From a virus (lineage: Duplodnaviria; Caudoviricetes): 64,000 nucleotides of DNA. Each line of letters opens with the position of its first letter. Within the stretch, counting starts at the first letter, position 1. This document shows positions 62,501 through 64,000 of the stretch, piece by piece. The notes under the pieces were generated by a model, which made no database searches, was not told the origin of the DNA, and worked only from the letters and a program-made list of their open reading frames with translations. Location: IMG/VR virus record IMGVR_UViG_3300020045_004441, positions 13,056-77,055 of that record; one strand, 5' to 3'. The translations under genes were made by a program, and so were the position numbers.

Positions 62501-64000
62501 CTGTATCAGGACAAGGAATCCAATCTCTTGTTACTAATTTAAAGGCAGATTTAATGAGTAACCCTAGTTTGTTGGATAATATAAATGTAGTATCAATTTT
62601 AATTGGAATAAACGATCTTAGTGGGGGAACTGCATTAGGCAATGTTGAATCTTTAGTTGATTCTGAAAACTATGCCGGGAAATTAAAATATTTTATTCAA
62701 ACAATACATTCAGAAAATCCAAATATAAAAATATTTGTCTGCACTCCACTAGAGTCTAACACAGTAGAACGTCCATATAAATTTACAAACACGCAAGGAT
62801 GGAGCCTATCAATGCTTAGGAATTTAATTGTTAATATTTGCGATTATTATGGGGTTTCAGTTATTGACTTATATTCTAAGTCTGGATTTAATTTACAAAC
62901 AATACCAACATTAACATTTGATAATTTGCACCCCAACTCATTAGGGAAGTCTGTTATTGCAAAAATAATAGCAGAATCGTTCCTTATAGGAAAATCAGAT
63001 TCATATTCCAGAACGGTAAACTCGACAGATTTAGATGATGGTAGTCTATTGGTTAAAAATATAGGTTCTATTCCAGTTGATAATTCATTAGTTAGATTTG
63101 ATGGAATAACAGGTAAGATTATTAAAAACAGCCCATCTACATTAGATGATAGTGGACTACTCACAACAACAACATTAAAGTTGACTGGTTTAACTCCACT
63201 GTACTTCCCAATAACAAAATATGGAACAAATTATTTGGGGAATAGTACGCTATATTCAGATGGAGAAGCGTTTGGGTTTAATACAACCTCATTATTTTCG
63301 CCAAAAGGAATAAATATTAATACTGTTGGTGGTGGATTAGCTGCTGTATTTGGAGACTTTAATACTCCATCAAATGCCGTTGATATTTATTTACGATCAA
63401 ACGGATCAACAGCAACTAAATTTTATACCGCTGGAAGTCCCTTGTCTTTTGGTTCTTCAGTTGAATCGGAGGATTTAATAATTAACACTGACAGGACAGT
63501 AACACTACCATATCTTGCATCAACAAAACCAAGGCTGATTTTATCAGCAATAGATGGGGAATTAACCCCAATCACTAACGCTGTTGGTTATGCCAAAAAT
63601 GATGGAGATGGAAATATAATATTTGACACACCAATAAACTCGACTAACTTATCATATACGCCAAACGCAGCTTATGGTACAATAAATAGCGATAATGGAA
63701 CCGCTGCAATCGTTCCGGCAGCAACAGGGGTATATGCAGGGTTAATGCTTCCTGCTGACAAAACAAAACTAGACGGTGTTGTAGCAAATACAATGACTAC
63801 CGGATGGGTTGGCAAGTGGGATGGAACTAAATTTGTTGATTTTTATAATCCATCAGTTCAGCAATTAAGCGGAACAACCCCAACGTGGAATGTAAATAAC
63901 GGAGTTGATGCAACCCTGACCATTTCGGGCAACACAACAATCACATTATCTAATCTCATTGCAGGAATGGTAGGCACAATTACTGTTTTTAATCCGACAA
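59554..64000 (+). CDS. Very large tail-fibre/spike protein (>1480 aa, 3'-truncated, absent from the ORF track) with a signal peptide and an SGNH esterase domain
   Basis: ATG at 59554; frame 1 translated and spot-checked open to the window end. Begins MKKLLFIIFWIISIFGYS|QSTHDE; fibre repeats THSGDATG and SGVNTGDQT; SGNH blocks FGDSF, SGQG, GINDL, DNLH at ~62404-62985. Confidence 0.8.
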   Translation, partial: MKKLLFIIFWIISIFGYSQSTHDEYYRIVDWKFYPGNITQLTDSTYETYANPFDYNDPGAINRIVGDYVVDFVGHRYLVIDSTSVTITLLDIYHTGQAPQTDQIARCYRSVYNGDSKYIGSVDYSPLDESARWKLNGSDNELLWRHGIDYWLPFKRLVLDTTYVHDGSEVKGTVAWNEATQSIETHIADDLHLNNGEELWVPLCINNSGVDILNGQPVYINGASGSSPTILLASNITYDESRLIGVATQDIPNGASGRVTRFGFVNDINLSGCTAGSNVYLGDKVLTHIRPTGGLFPVVIGKAIVCSTTGRLLVYPQTAEYTSEVNRADGWASYLQGDQTNISFVDGTRVFSIAPVASTFYFYQAGLKYIKTGTQSITISDVEGLHIIYYNLGVLSEMVNPSNSQIIEAIRNNVITSVIYWDATNKTSIYVSNERHTFHWPSWVHAYAHSSFGTQYNSGLALTNITLGLGTTNADAQFGSDSGTISDEDIVTTTDAVLSTAGIPIYYRLGSGLGNWRRVTRAGYAFLNDGTTGLAMYNLYSGGTWSITTMTNNYYRLVHVFATNDISTPNKIIAMSGVAQYSSATLAEAAVNNEIANIYNSNLPFAEVKHIGSLILHTKTGLGNTVNARYVAIPSKPSGANFYLDFRKSNIIGSGGGGSSATSFLGLSDTPDSYAGQTNKMVGVDSGETGTEFKAVTATAAGTLNIPTGQQYQINGGSVVVDAINDAVTTTASSQNAVFDALALKETANANIQQHITNDGDLSSTNEIQDLSLLGNTLSLSGDVTTVDISQATAVLANTAKITNATHSGDATGATALTLATVNSNIGTYNNVTINAKGLATAGSNVAYSTDIHSNITALNAVSGVNTGDQTLPTALPTPNALTMNNSGIGDASGSTFNGSTAKIISYNTIGSAPASGSANYIWNGTESQTANYNINGNGYANSFSTLKGYKWMVFGDSFADETGEYPDYVDDLIGWTGTIRKAVSGQGIQSLVTNLKADLMSNPSLLDNINVVSILIGINDLSGGTALGNVESLVDSENYAGKLKYFIQTIHSENPNIKIFVCTPLESNTVERPYKFTNTQGWSLSMLRNLIVNICDYYGVSVIDLYSKSGFNLQTIPTLTFDNLHPNSLGKSVIAKIIAESFLIGKSDSYSRTVNSTDLDDGSLLVKNIGSIPVDNSLVRFDGITGKIIKNSPSTLDDSGLLTTTTLKLTGLTPLYFPITKYGTNYLGNSTLYSDGEAFGFNTTSLFSPKGININTVGGGLAAVFGDFNTPSNAVDIYLRSNGSTATKFYTAGSPLSFGSSVESEDLIINTDRTVTLPYLASTKPRLILSAIDGELTPITNAVGYAKNDGDGNIIFDTPINSTNLSYTPNAAYGTINSDNGTAAIVPAATGVYAGLMLPADKTKLDGVVANTMTTGWVGKWDGTKFVDFYNPSVQQLSGTTPTWNVNNGVDATLTISGNTTITLSNLIAGMVGTITVFNPT

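Noticed and set aside
209-63164. Many short antisense or nested ORFs in the track (e.g. 209-526, 9889-10155, 17556-17783, 22066-22335, 42822-43097, 50368-50637, 62847-63164)
   Set aside because: They lie opposite or inside well-supported genes, lack motifs and have shadow-ORF composition.
1-64000. Stop-codon reassignment (TAG=Gln or TGA=Trp), known in some crAss-like phages
   Set aside because: Long genes (TerL, portal, RNR, fibres) are uninterrupted in the standard code, and TAA, TGA and TAG all end genes.
1-64000. CRISPR array, diversity-generating retroelement, integrase or IS element
   Set aside because: No regularly spaced repeats, reverse transcriptase, TR/VR pair, recombinase or transposase was seen.

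Overview
AT-rich lytic phage DNA, most likely crAss-like (Crassvirales) and infecting a Bacteroidota host. Support: a ~760-aa TerL followed by a ~790-aa portal, a very large virion-type protein, TTTG-N19/20-TAnnTTTG promoters, and A-rich start regions without a Shine-Dalgarno. Standard genetic code. Layout: (i) the 3' part of a giant + strand protein (<1-2804). (ii) One long minus-strand early/middle block (2.9-42 kb) with HAD, RusA-like, nucleotidyltransferase, Nmad1, a free-standing DNA Pol III alpha C-terminal fragment, class II RNR, PD-(D/E)XK nuclease, a six-enzyme amidoligase/ATP-grasp/gamma-glutamyl cluster, primase, SSB, AAA ATPase, DnaB-like helicase, three homing endonucleases, an RNA-gene island and many small ORFs. 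(iii) A + strand block from 42.4 kb with a DUF559 nuclease, R2K ATP-grasp, TerL, portal, and tail-fibre/depolymerase-like genes that run off the window end. Best leads: a circularly permuted, very compact two-piece tmRNA (tag GKTINLFREVAIAA) behind an abnormal tRNA; a catalytic-core-less DnaE C-terminus carrying a perfect QLSLF clamp motif in a replication block with no polymerase; a duplicated 68-nt three-way-junction motif whose 10 differences all preserve the fold; the amidoligase cluster; and tail-fibre-like proteins with Sec signal peptides. Family assignments come from motifs recognised by eye, not from database searches.
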